A stretch of DNA of 64,000 nt, taken from NCBI GenBank assembly GCA_904063045.1, contig CAJFCJ010000022.1:372001-436000 (forward strand), given 5' to 3'. This stretch comes from Dimorphilus gyrociliatus. Lineage: Eukaryota; Animalia; Annelida. Numbering within the stretch: position 1 is the first letter of the stretch; the number at the start of each line of letters is the position of its first letter. Below the pieces are notes generated by a model, which did not search any database, was not told the origin of the DNA, and saw nothing but the letters and a program-made list of their open reading frames with translations. A program made the translations under genes and the position numbers. Below, piece after piece: positions 19,301 through 33,356 of the stretch.

Positions 19301-21440
19301 TCAACTTCTATCACAATTTTTCGCATCTAAACAGGCTACTCTCTTAACTTGTTCTCTTTTCCTCATTAAACAAAACGTCTACTTATTAGTATAGAATAAT
19401 TGCCTTACGTGACAGTTTCACAAATTATGGATTCATTTGAAAACTCGTGTTAAATCGTTAAGTATGAAAGGTGAAAAACTGATAGGCAAAACTTTGTCGT
19501 ATCATGTAAAATCTCGTTTAATATCAATTAATCAACCTATACTTGACGTCCTAAGGTTTTTTCCCGTGAAATTAAAGATGAATTACGTAACGTATAGAAT
19601 TTCTTTTCTACTTTTTTTGCCTTAAAACTAGTGAAATTAATTAGATAAAAACATTCTAAATTAAAATAATTCAAAGATATTCTGATTTACGATATCATTA
19701 ACATCTTCAATCACTTAAGACAATTAGACAATTGGCTTTTACGACCTTAAATAGCTATACCAAAATCACAACTTTAAATCTGTCAACTTTTTATATTCTA
19801 ATTCTTTTTATTTTCCTTTCTCTCCAGTTTCTTTTTTTTATCTTCTAGTCGATTGCCGACAAGAATAATTTTATATACTTTTATTCCTATAGATGGCACT
19901 CTACTCCAAACGTACTACTACAATACCAGCTGCAAAATTAGTTTGCACTGCAGTAGCAGATGGAGACTGACAAGAAGCCGGGATGAAACTAGATCAATAG
20001 GTAATAACTATTTCAAATGATTTCCAAAAAACGAGAGGTAAGTTATAACATAATACAAGTTTATCAATTTCCGTAAAGAAACATTTATTTAGTTAATTTA
20101 AAACAGAAACAAGCTGTAGATAAAAGCGACAATATTAGTAATTTTCTTATAGAGTAGACTATTAATGTAGTTAAACAAGTAGAATAGAAATAAGTACATA
20201 TATCTAATGATTAGTCTATTTTTCCTTTGTTTCTCTTTCTAAGTATCAACCATTTTTCTTCTATTCTTTCTCCTTTCGCTGCTTAATTACAATTCTATCT
20301 ATATTCATACAAAATATATAATATACAATATATATATATGATATATGCTGTTTAGACAAAAATAATACTTTACACAAGTCTTTGAATGATAATTGGACAA
20401 TAGTTACAAGTTGTTGCAAATTGAATAGGAATTAATGGCAGTATTTATGTTATACGTATTTTTTATGATAAATTTTTTAATTATTGGAAAGAGTGAACAG
20501 ATTAGAAGTAGTTTAATGTAAACATATTGAATAAATACAATATACATTCAAGTGTTTTTATACTATGCAACACTTCAGAAGAAATCTATTAAAAGAAAAG
20601 TTAAAAGTTGTTTTCACAATGACTTTGTAAAGATTATATAACTAAACAGTTGTAATTATATAATACAATATGTGTAGCCAATATAGATACCCTAAATGAT
20701 GTATTTATATTCATAAACAAAGGAAAATGCTACTAGTTATTTATAATGATCAGAATATACAATATATATATATATATATTTATATATAGTGTACATATAT
20801 ACTGTATATGCCTACATCCATGTTTAATCTTTTTCCTTCCTCTCCTTTATCTTGTCATTCTCATCATTAATATTAAATACTATTAAAAAGTCGATAGAAA
20901 GTAAAGTATTTAAATAAATAAACAAATATATACAGTATATATATATATATACATACATAATAATATATATTGTAAGTGTTCTCCCCTTTGAAAAACTATC
21001 CAACTGAAAGAGAGTGCTATTATGACAAAGAGAAGGATCTTAAATAAATTGACTTCCTTCTCTTTTATTAAGATAACCTTGATTATAAGATTTAATTGTA
21101 ACTTTCTTCGTCAAGGTATAAGTATTGATCCTGATATTTTCAAGACTAGTCTAGGTGGAAAAGTCAAGCGAAACGTATGACTTGTACTTTAATCAGTATT
21201 TTGTTTTAAACATTTCCTTATTCATTATCGATATTTGTTTGAATGGAGGAAAAAGTGAGAAGATCACAGCGACAGTTTAAACTTTAATAATGAAAGATCA
21301 CGCAGTTAATAGGTTCATTTATATGAAAAGATATTTTTACACTGTTAACATGAATATGTTGAAAATAAAGAACAAGTAGAGTTAATTAGGTGATCGTTCA
21401 ACATTTGTACATTGTTGTAACTCTTTTTCAGCTTTAAAGA

Positions 21441-24400
21441 ATGATGGTTAACTGTAAATTGGCTCTCGAATTGTACAAGAGAAGATTTGTTTCCAACTCG
21501 TCGTTACAATCGTTACAGGATTGCGCTAATCAATCATTCTTTTTGAGAAATGATAGCGTCTCTATGGAATTTACCGATGACCAAAGATTGCGAAAAATCG
21601 GTATGGACATTTATGCATTCTGCACACCGATAATTATTGCAGTTGGTCTGTTTGGTAATTTGGTCTCTTTAAAAAGTAAGTAATTTTTTTCTCCCGTCTA
21701 ATTCCATAGGAAAAAAACACTACAGAATACATACAAAGCATTCATTGACCCCCTCTCAGAGTTTCTCGTCAAACCTATTGACGTAGAAGTTGGAAACTGG
21801 AGTCGTTAAGGTTGATGAACCCGTGTTTTTCTAAATGATAAGAACTTATACGATTGTACTCCCTTAATTTTCGTTTTGTAAACTTTGTATATAAAATTCT
21901 ATGTATTTTTTTCCCTTTTCTCACCGCCTCTTCAATAAGATATTGAAGGGAAAAGGTCAAAATCAGGTCTAGGATATGAAGAATACGAAATTAAATTTAA
22001 GCTTCGTAAAAGTCATTAGGCCTTGAGATTTACCAATTTGCTTTCCCTCTTAGCAAAGAGAAAAATATGACGAAAAGAGAGAGAGCGAGAAACAGCTACC
22101 ATTTGAATCTCGCAAAAGTACTCAGAGAACGAGAGTATTGTTTCTTAGAAACTACCAATATTACACCACACTTAGCTCCTAGCCATTTTATGCATTTTGT
22201 CATTTTTATTTAATTTCAGCTAATTTAATTATTCATTCTTTTTTAAGATTTTTTTCCTTATCAATCTTTATAAAGCTCGTTTAGTTTGTTTTGCATATAT
22301 TTAAATTATAAATTGACCTATCCAGAAGAAAATTACAAATAATAATAGATGGTTTGTTTTCAACTTTATCTCTAGTAAGCCTTTAAAATTTGCAAAAAGA
22401 TATAATTTTGAGAGTTTTATGTCAGAAAAGTCATATCTGCATTTCTTAGATTGCTGTGTAAACAGATAAAAAGGTAGATAGAAAAAGAAGTAGAGGATGG
22501 CAAGATAACAGAGGGAGGAGGGTGGGAGAAGAGAGAAGCAAAATGCAGAATATTCGCATCTTAACTCTATTAATATTTAGGACTGTATGATATTTTTTTT
22601 ACAGTGCAAATACTTCCTTATGCAGTATAATAAATCTGCAATAACGTACATTTTTTTGACATAATTAAAAAAAGATCATTAATAATACCGTACATATATT
22701 TACTCTATGTAAATGTATTTGACTATATATATACAGTATATCGACTATTAAAAATGAATAAATCTAAGATGGCAACTCAAGAGAATCGAAAGTTGAACAG
22801 GCTATTGGTTTTGATTAATTACCATTGAATAATTCCAAAGTAAACTTAACCGAAATTTAATACAGAATTCCATCAGTATATACAATTAAGAAGCATAGAA
22901 AGTAGCACTCATAATCCGAATCTTCAATCCTCCTTTCTCTTTTAATTCTATGATCTCTTTTTACCAACTTTCTTAAAAAGAATTTATAGTGTAGAAGCTA
23001 AACAAAAGAAACATTAGTTTATTGAGTTAGATATATGCTACTTATTATGCAACGTTTAGTTCGTTTGCTATATAAAGGATTTATAATTTATTGAAGATCC
23101 TTTCATTTCTTCTTGTTGTAAATGATAGAAACGATAATTAAAACGGTTTTATTAACTCAAAATAAACCAATAACAAGTTTCAGCCACTTTTTTGAAAAAT
23201 AAAAATTAGGTATTTCAAAATTTGTTTGATTAAACAGTACAAAAATTCAATTATAAATAAATTGATATACGGAGAAAATGGGAAAATCAGTTAGTAAAGC
23301 GGAAAAGTCACGATTACCAGAAGAAGAGCGTCTGTTAGTGGCAAAGCTTGTTTTTTTTACACACTCACTCACTCGTTTTCCCTTTTCTCTCTCTATTATT
23401 CTCATTCTCTCTCTCACCCTTCCTCATCATCTGTTCGGTCTGTACTTGTTTATTATCTCTTTAATGAGAGAAAACAGAAAATCTTATTATTTCGCCAAAG
23501 ATCAAACACACTATTTGGTAATAAGCTAACATCTGTAACAAACGTACAGGAAATGATTGATTGAATAGCTTACACTTATGGATTTCTCTATTCCTTTCTC
23601 TCAATTTTTTATGGTTTTTTGTTTTCTATTTTCAGTATAAAATATGTAGTGTTTGACCCTTTTCCTCTATAAACCGTATCAACTCTTCAAGAATAAACCG
23701 GAAGCAAAGTAATAAAGCGTGATATTCCAAATTAGACTGCTGTGTTGAATTTATTTTTTAGTGGATTAAATCTTTTGGATTGTATTCGCCAACTTTCTAT
23801 TATTTCCTCTTCAAGCTACGTAATTATATTTGACAATTTGAGAAGTCAATCCAAAGGGCCATATAAGTTAGATGATAAGAGTTTGAATGCTGCTAATGTA
23901 GTGTTTTTTTTTGCAATGGGTACTTACCAGCGCATTGAGCGTGCAAAAATTGGATGTATTACACATAGGCCTACTTCAATTAGTTGAATTGTCTGTTACA
24001 AAAAGTTCTGTAAGCAACAGAAGTCTTCTCCATTCGTCTTATTTTCGTATTTTATATTGTACATAGATATTTCCGGTGAATATTCGAGTAACTTATGTTG
24101 CTATAAGCTATGTAGCATTAAGAGATTTATATATTAAAAGATTAACAAGAAAATCGCCTTATTTAATAAAGATAAAGAAAATAAAATCCAAACCGTTAAC
24201 TATTTAGTTATGGTAAATCATGAAATATGCTTTGAGAGAAGAGAGAATCTTCTACCCGGCATTTTCTCCTAGCCAATAAAGGGATAGAGATATGGAAGTA
24301 GAGAGAGAGACAGAGACAGAGACAGAGAAAGAAGGACATTCAGACAGACAGATAAACAGGCAGACAGAAGCAGAGACAGAGACAGAGATGAGGAAATACA

Positions 24401-27400
24401 GGCAGACAGAAATAGACAGACAACAGAGAGAGAGAGAGATTGATGAAAACAAGAGTATTCATAGACTATAAAATTCTTCCAAAAATTGGGAATTCACTTT
24501 AAATAAAGTTAAGTAAAAATCTTGTTAGCTTAAATATGCTGTAAACGAAAGGATGGCTTTTGGATTAACCAAGCCGATTATCTTCTCTAATCTCCAGTCG
24601 GTTTTATACTTTTTTGAGATATTTTATGTCTTTTTTTCTCTCTCTTTCGTCTACTTATTACCTCCTTTTTCCTCGAAAACGGGAAGTATTACAAAAGGAA
24701 CAATCGATACAGAATGAATTAGCAGGAATCTATTCTATATTCCTTATAGTCTGTACGGTTTTATCTGGCTTTTATTTTTTCTTACATACGGACTTAAGAG
24801 TCTTTTCGCTAATTGTTTAATTAAGCCATCTACCCGCTTTCAGTTCAACAATCCTACAAAGTAAAAATACATAAAGGAAGAAGGGATGAAAAAAGTTTAT
24901 AGTCATTTATATTATGGAGAATAAAATCCTTATGACAATACTTATTTACCATAATAAGCATTTTGTAAATAATACACAAAATGAAGGTCTCATCCCATCA
25001 CATCGTCTTTATGTTCTATACCTTTTCATCTGAAGAAACATTACTAAAAACCATTAGATTTCTATTTCTTTTCATATCTTGAAGTCTTTTTCATATATTA
25101 TCTCTGTTTCTCTCTCTCTCTATCTCCCATTCTCTTGCTCTTACTCTTTCCGCCTTTATATCTATTACTTTTTTAATAAACAATAAAAGATATTATTACT
25201 ATGATTTACAATACAATATAATATACAGCAAAATATTTAATTAAGATGCTTTTCCAAGTTTGTAATCGAGATAAAAAATTTAGTTATTTAGCCCTATTGA
25301 ATAACTGTTTGGCAATATAACAGAAAATGTCATGGCTTTTTCCCATGACTAAACTTTTAAACTCTAAATATTCATATTTGTACCAGAGGAAATTTTATAG
25401 TAAATAATTTTATATGGTGTATTTTTACTTTTACTTAATAAATAATATAGCAAATTCGCTGTCCTCTTCTCTCTGTCGTCTCTCTGTCTTTCCTTCTTTC
25501 TCTCTTCCTATCTCTCTCAGTTACTGATGCTGTGACAGGACTAGAAAATTGCCAAGAGCCTCGAAAGAAAAAAAAATAAAGATAGCGTCGTTGTTATTGA
25601 TAGAAGAAACTCTCTCGATAAATTAAAAGTTCATTCCAAATTCCCAGAGAACCTAAAAAGCTGTATATAAATAAAAAAAAGCAAGAAATATGGCAACATT
25701 TTAAATAAAATGTAAAATAACAGTTGGCCATTCTATCATTATGGTATATTTTTATTTTTAGAGCTAAGGAATAGGGGTGGGGATGAGCATGGCTGTGGAG
25801 AGTAAATTTTCAATGTTTTGTGATATCTCTTACTGAAATTAAGAGATTTAAAATGTATTTTATTCCATCAAGACTTCATTGTATATATTGCAAAGATATT
25901 TTACCTTATTTTTATTTTAGAAATTACTGCAAATTTTACTGCAACACATTTAAAAATACTTGTATAATTAGGTGAGATTATCAAATGATAAAAATAAACA
26001 TGTTTTGAAGGCTTATACAATATCCCTATACCCATATATGTACTCATAAAATTACACAATCCCAAAGTTCATTCTATGTTAGTTGATTAACGGCTATAGC
26101 ATACTGTATACGGTGAATAGACACTATACCTCCTTTCTCTTATGTTTATTCATTTTAAAAGTATATCATTAAAAAGGTTATTATTTAATATTGAAAAGGA
26201 AATTAGTAAAGTTAAATATAGAATAATGTGTATATTAGAAAAAATAAAAAGAAAAAAAATAACCTGTTAAGATGCAAACGGGAAGCGAATTAAGTAGGGC
26301 AAAACAGAATCCATTACTGCGTTTATCCATCTTTAACGGTAATCAACTATTGAACTTGCATTTTATCTAACGTCTCCAAGTTCATTTACCTCATTTTACG
26401 ACTTTGACAAAAATGTATTTTCCTTCCGCTTGAATATGCATTCCCATTTCTCCTATACAAAGTGAATATTGTTAGAGTAAAAGAATTTACATCTCCAGCC
26501 AATCTCTCTTTGAATGAAATTCCGCAAGATTATAACTTGCCATGTAGTATTAAAACACTGTAGGCCTACTAAAGCTTTACAGTTATTCTTCAAAAGAACT
26601 TTTGAATGGAAGAGTGTTTGCAATTGACCCAAAGAACTTCTATAATGGACTATTCTTTTAAGTCCTAAGCAGCCATTTAATATCAAAATTATCATGCAGA
26701 AATTTCTCCATTAACAAGACATTTTCTTGTGTTTTGTTAACAAGTTTTTAACGATCAAATAGAATTTTGCAGTATAAGAAATAAGAAAATTTATAATGAA
26801 AATCGATAAAAAACAAGGAATTTAACAGATAAATAAAGAGGACGGAGAGATAGGGAGGCTAAAAGGGTAATGAGAAATATATTAAACTAACAAATAGAAT
26901 AAATACCAATCCTCTGAGGAAAAGAGAATCTTACTTCGTATTTTTTAACCGTCCCTAGAACGTGGTATTAAAATAAAACCGCAATTATATTATTTCTTAT
27001 GAAGTACTTCATCAATTAATTAAAATCCTTTTACTGATAAGAAAGAAGACAATATAACAATAGATATAAAAAACATAAAGATAAAAATCATTGCAGAGTA
27101 TATTCATTACAACAAAGAAATTTATCTTGATGATGTAGACAGTATATAATATTAATAAAAAAAGAAAAAATGGATGAAAAATACCCTGCAAAATCTATAA
27201 ATAGATTTTTAATATTCCTGTTTTTTTTATTATTTTACTTCAGTTGAAAATTATATCTTTTAAGCAAAGTAAACACTATTTTAAAATAGTAGGCTTTCTA
27301 CACCTTTCATTTGATTTTAGCGATTAACGACCCAATCAATCTTTCAACCTTTTCAGCAGATTTTAATTTATGATCCTTCTTTCTCTTCAAAGTATATTTC

Positions 27401-29398
27401 CATACTTATTTACGAACGCTTTTAGTCTTTATTTCTTTATCGTTTAATAACATAATATAATAATTGTATTTTCTCTATTTTCGTACGTTTACTGGTTACA
27501 ACTTTTGTTATTTACTTATAAATGCTTTGCAGTTTTTACATCTAGAGTAATGCGAAAACTCTCAGCAACTTCCTACCTTACCGCACTTACGATATCCGAC
27601 TTAACAGCCTTACTATGTTACGTACTTCTCGATTGGATTAGCCGCGGATTACCAGTGATCTCTTCCTATCAAATTGATATCCTCAATCGGAATGGTATTT
27701 GTCAATTTTTCCTCTTTTGCTCCTACTCATCAAGATTCATATCAGTGTGGTTAATATGCTGTTTTTGCGCTGAAAGATATATTGCTGGTGAGTGATTCTT
27801 TCTCTTTTTTTTCTTTATCTCAGTCTTTCTTTTGCTTTATGTTACTTGTAATCTCACTGCCTTCTCTTTTACTCTTTTTTCTAACTTTACCCTTTACCTT
27901 TCCCCCCTCCCCAGCCTTTATTTAGGTCTCTCCTGCTTCTCTTTGCATATCAAACAGTATATCAGTACAGGTAGCCTTTCATAAAAAGAAAATATTCTAT
28001 TATTTCTACTTATTTAATGTCTATTTAAGAAGTAATGTACTTATTAATAATTTTTCTATTTCTCTTCCATCTATCTATCCGTCTTGGTGCTCTCTAGCTA
28101 TCTTTTTGTAATATCTCTAATTTCATGTAAAGAATAAGAAAGAGTTATCAAGCAGGAAATTAATTATAACTAAGGATTAACTAATTTATTAGAAAAAGAT
28201 GTAAAGAGACAATAAAATGACTTTTATATTATCTACCTTGAAATAATCGTTTCTTAATCTATAAAACTTCCATTAGTATTTTTTTCGAAAAGCGTCCCTT
28301 TTACGCTTTTGTTTGAAAAATACACATACTAAAGACAGTTACAAATTCAATAGAAAGTATTTAAGAATAAAACAAGATGGCGCTAAATTACACCTTTACT
28401 TTTCATGTTTTAATACATTAGACGTAGTGAATAAATAAGAGACATAGAGAGATAGAGTTAAATTTTGTAATTATCGTTTAATGTATATGTTTAATAATGA
28501 AATTAGTCTAATATAATTAAACGAAAGTATCAAGTACACAATTGAATTTAACTATTAAATATATCTGTAAATCTTGTCAATAACAGTATAATACTGTACT
28601 TTACATGATCTAGTTATATAATAATAGGCTATAAATATACAAATGTCTTGTATTCAAACTTTTTTTAATAGCTTAAAATAATCTATGCTATTGACGTGTG
28701 CTTTTCTTTTTCTTTTGATTTCTACAGTTAATCGACCAACTTATAGAAAAAGATTATGCAATAGGAAAACTGCAAAATGGGTTATTCTTATACTTTGTTC
28801 TATAGCTTGCTCTTTTTGCATATATACTTTGATTATTGGTGGGGTCTACCTTTCTAAGCAAGGAGGAGAAGTTTGCAGTTTAAACCCTTCCAACCCTGCT
28901 ACTACAGTACTAGAAATTACTTACGGTTTGAGCATTACCGCTCTGCCGTTTCTATTGATAGCTTTCATAAATTGTCTAATCCTTAAAAAACTTGCCTGGT
29001 GTACTGGAGCGAATAGAATCAGAAAGAAAGCGAATCGGATTAGATTTGAATTCACCATGATTATTTTGGTAGTCTCTACCTGCTTCGTTGGATTAAATTT
29101 GCCCTATTTCGTCGTTTGGAGCTGTTACAGAATTATTCAACTGCAAAATAAATATTTTGTATTCGATATTTACAGTGGCCAACTGCATATAGCAAGAACT
29201 TTATTTTGTTCTAACTACTGTGTCAAATTTTTTCTATATTGCGCCACTGGAGCTTATTATAGACGAGAACTACGGGTTTTTTTTAAAACTGAAAAAGAAA
29301 ATGAAAGAAGGAGATCTCTCAGCGAAAGCAGTGTTCATAGAGTTCTTCTTCGAGGGGTTAATAGGGTGAACAACAATAATAATGGAAGAATTGACTAA
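21441..29398 (+). CDS. Class A peptide-receptor-like GPCR (FMRFamide/CNMamide-receptor-like group), 386 aa
   Basis: Exons 21441-21675, 27533-27787 and 28728-29398, all with phase-1 GT-AG junctions. The spliced protein gives GN(TM1)...RKLSATSYLTALTISD(TM2)...ERYIAV(TM3)...LNLP(TM6)...NYCVKFFLYCATG(TM7). The subfamily is inferred from recalled motif similarity. Confidence 0.9.
24290..24440. repeat. Compound purine-rich (AG/AGAC/AGAGAC) simple repeat
   Basis: Imperfect tandem GAGACA/GACA/GA units; these produce the spurious Ser/Val/Leu ORF 24252-24452. Confidence 0.8.
26420..26730 (-). mobile_element. Possible decayed P-element/THAP9-type transposase fragment in GPCR intron 1
   Basis: A minus frame with several stops reads KFLHDNFDIKWLLRT*KNSPL*KFFGSI...RPTVF. 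This loosely resembles the P-element C-terminal motif YLLTxRLNQDxLENFFxxIR...HP. The match is short and degenerate. Confidence 0.3.
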
Positions 29399-31831
29399 TA
29401 TATATCTATTATTATTATTTTCTTTCTTCTTTCTTCTTTCTTCTTCCTCTTCTTCTTCTTCTCTTCTCTATCTCTCTACAAACAGGCTAATTATACATTT
29501 TAATATTGAAAAAGATAGGACATTTTTCCTTTTCCTGAACTATCCACCTCATCTTATCTCTTTCTCTAAAAAAAGTGCTGATTAATTGTATCCAAAGGAA
29601 AGCTTGTGGCCTAGCTATTCTGCTTATTGCTGTGATATATTTAGATAAAACCCAATTGAATATTTGTAATAAGCTTTCAATTGAAAATGGCATGCAGACA
29701 AACTATTATTTTATATGTTTTCCGGGTGTTGCAATCAAATATAAATTATCTATTCATTCTTTATTTCTTAACAAATGATTTGTTATTTATGTTTAATATT
29801 TACGGTAAACATCTCTTTCGCGAAGAAGAACAGTCGTGAAAAAAACCAAACAACCTGTCTTGTATAATATATATATATATATAGTCTATACAAACAGAAC
29901 TACGGACAACCATATACATTTGTAACAATGATAAACTTCGTATAATCAAATTATTATTATTTTAATAGCTGAACAGTATATATCAGAAAAAAGAATTTAA
30001 TAGCGACATCTGTTGACAAGTTATCAAATTGTCTTGATCGTATCAAACAACACGGTAGATATGAGCAAATTGGTAAAAACAAGAAATAAAGAACCCTCCA
30101 ATAGCCAACATGGAAACTATAATAAATCAAATTTTATCTCTTTCATTTATTAATACATCTAAAAATGACAAAAAAAATAAATAAAAGGGCATTTGAAACG
30201 CGAAGGTAGAACGCAAATACCTGAAAACTGGCTATAATCAAGTAGAGAGGAAACTAACAAGTTTTTACTTCATTACTAAATCAAAGTAATAGAAATATCT
30301 TAATCTCTTTAAACAGACGCAGATAGCTAGTATTAAGGTTAAATATCAAAATATTCAAACAAAAAGGAACCTGGCAACTCAATTTATTCTTAATTGTTTC
30401 TCACTTAATATTCTCCAAAGGAATTTTGATACTTTTTCTCAACTCTTCCTCATCTAGATGCAGTTTTGGTCTACGAATACGTTAAAAGTCTCTTGAGAGG
30501 AGTTAAACCAGTTTTAGCAAATTTTTCCTTCAACCCATTTATTCCCTACAAGTGAAACTATTTCAGTAACGATTGTGAATAGTAAGACGAAAGAAGAAGA
30601 TTACAAGAATTTGCAGATGGATGATTTCGTTAAAAGCTTTAAGTCAAGTTTCTTTATCTCTTTAAAAAAATGTTAAAGAAAGCTTTCCTTTCCTTTTCCT
30701 CTCTTAGAGGTTTAGTAGAAAGAAATAAAATAATTTACGGAATTAATAAGAAGCTTTAAGCAATATCTTTTAGCAAATTCCTCTGCTCTTTTGCCTATTT
30801 AACTTTACATTACCATTTTAGAATATAGGCAATTGATTTATGCTTTATATTTTCTTAAATAAGCTCTTGAAGTCGATGCCTCTAGTTATAAAAAAAATTT
30901 CTTTTAACAATCTTACTCATCAGTGAACCTCAATTATGTAAATTTAGAATTTAAATACCCTTTGTATCTATTTTCGTCTAGGAAGATCCTACTTATTCTC
31001 CATTTTCCTCTATCTGTCTCTCTCACTCTCCCACTCTTGCCTCAATTTTATTGAAATGGTCTACTATTTCTAGCTACTAATTCACGCTGACGTCTTTGTT
31101 TCTAAATTCCTCCATCTTCTTATTATAGAATAATTCTTATCAATAGTAAAGCAATAAATGAACTCCATTATTAATTTCCATGTACATTTAATGTCTTTTG
31201 TTGTCAAGTGTCCATTACTAACAAACTGTTAATACTAAAGATTCGAAACATTAGAGTAAACAATCATGTACAAACAGCGTGTTTATTCAACTGTAGTATT
31301 TGTGTTTGTAATACTGATAAGTAAAAAAAATTGTTATACATTATACATTATTCGTATAAATATTATATAAAAGCAATATACTTGTAATGAATATATATAT
31401 ATAGTATATTCTAGTTTATACAATCTACTGCAAATTGTTTATTAGTACTATTCAAGGGAAAATACGAAAATACAGAAATATAAACTGCTAAGTTAAGTAC
31501 AAGTTTAAATAGTTAGGTTATTATTTCTCTAAAATGATGAGTGATGTTTTTTATTTTTTTAATTTGTTCTCTAATTGGGTTAAATGAGTATAAAATCCAT
31601 TATAAATTGATTTACATTGAACTTGTTGTAGACGATATAATTAGAATTTTTTTAAGGAGAGAGAGAGATTATACTCTCTATATGGATTAAAGTTTATAAT
31701 TCAATGATAAAAGATGAGGATTAAAACGAATAGATATTGTTTTAAGATATAATATAATTATTACTTATTTATTGAGAAAAATAATCTTTTATCTCATTTA
31801 AAAACGTTTATAAAATATAAATTAAAAATTC

Positions 31832-32509
31832 TCATTTTACATCCTTTTTATTTTGGCTTGTATCGTCATCTGTAAAGTTTAGATATGTACTTGTTTCCTT
31901 TCGATTTGACGATACAAACGAGATAATTGAAGATAATAATTGAAGAAAACTACACACAACTGCTAGATAAAAGTTTACATACAAGTATTTGTAAGTGTCG
32001 GTATTGGACTTGACCAAAAACACCACCCAACCAATTAATGTAAATAGTCCTGATCCAAAACTCAATCCTCCCAAAACATAAATGTTGATTGGATAGGACG
32101 GTTTTCGTGAGAAGCAAACCACAAGACTCATTATCCAGGCCGCCAGTGCAGCTATAAAACCGAGAATAATCATCGCTCTTACAGCATGGACCGTAGCTGG
32201 GATATAGAAGAGATATTGTTTTATTAGAATTTACATATCGCGTATTAAACGATTGTCTATTGTTTAGTTTTGTATCTTACGTGTAGCATGGTCTATCGTA
32301 AAGCAAACTTTCCTCACTCCAAAATCATCAGAATCGGCTACTTCGCAAACGCGAAATAATCCTTCGTCCAACCTAACATCTTTATTGAAAAATTTTATAG
32401 AAACCCAATAATTAGTAACTAATGCAAACAGTTGGGCGATGATAGCTATTGGAAGAATGACGAAGGCTGTAACCACTATCGTTTTTGGCGCAGTACTAAA
32501 CATAGACAT
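31832..32509 (-). CDS. Claudin/PMP22/EMP/MP20-superfamily tetraspan membrane protein (paralog A), 197 aa
   Basis: Exons 32509-32281 and 32196-31832, with an 84-nt phase-1 intron (GTAAGA...CCAG). Four hydrophobic segments; first loop W...GLFRVC...C; AVRA before TM2. Confidence 0.85.
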
Positions 32510-33356
32510 TATTTTCAAATTTTCCTGTGTGATTTTTGTTCTTGTGTTAATATATTCATTTTCGTAAATGTAAAATAAATACCTTTATTCTTGTGAGACT
32601 ATATGAATTATCATAAATTCTCTGCCCAAAGCACGATAATTGCGTCTGCCTAAATATTGGTCAGCCACTTATACGAATGCCTAATAAAGTAATATTAGCA
32701 TACACTCAAAACTAAATGAGTAGTATCGAGAGTATCATTTCCTACTAAACATTCAATTTTCTATTAACAGCCATAATAAAGAAAAAGTAATGAAAGTCAA
32801 ACATTCACATTAAATTCCCTTCTCTAAAGCCGTGTATTACCCAATATATTCTTTCAAAAAAAACACTATTGATCTCTCACTCTCTCTCTCTCTCTTTGTT
32901 ACTATCATAATGAAAGAGTTCGATAATTGTTTAACGTATCAGTAAAATGCAAAAAATTATTTGGTTGCCTATTATACCTTCCCCTTTTTGTATAATACTG
33001 TAATTAATTATAATAGCTCATTATCAGGCACATGACAGAGAATTTTAAATTTAAAGACGGTCTATTCAAAAGCGAATTATTTGAATGATGAGAAAGCACG
33101 AGATAATTAAAATAATTGAATGATAGAATGAGAGAGAGAGAGAGAAAGAACGAAAGAAAGAAATAGAAAATAGGCATACAACAGGTAATAATATTAATTA
33201 TCGCAATTCAAGATATATAAACACCTTTTTATTTAATTTGTATTTATACATTTTATAGTTTGTATCTCTTTATTCAAATGTAATATTGTAGATATTTTAT
33301 ATAAACAGTATTGTAGAATTCCTTAATCAGTTTGATACAATAATCTTTTTCTTCTT

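Noticed and set aside
21775-21960. Basic 61-aa minus ORF in GPCR intron 1
   Set aside because: No recognisable motif and no convincing splice sites; cannot be supported as a nested gene or transposon.
23742-24040. Minus-frame DEWRRLLLLTE resembling the Tc1/mariner W..V.FSDE motif
   Set aside because: Single weak match followed by stops, with no further DDE motifs or TIRs.
29212-29250. TM7 lysine read as an opsin retinal-binding Lys
   Set aside because: The Lys is at the NPxxY Asn position (7.49), not six residues earlier at 7.43, and the other motifs are peptide-receptor-like.
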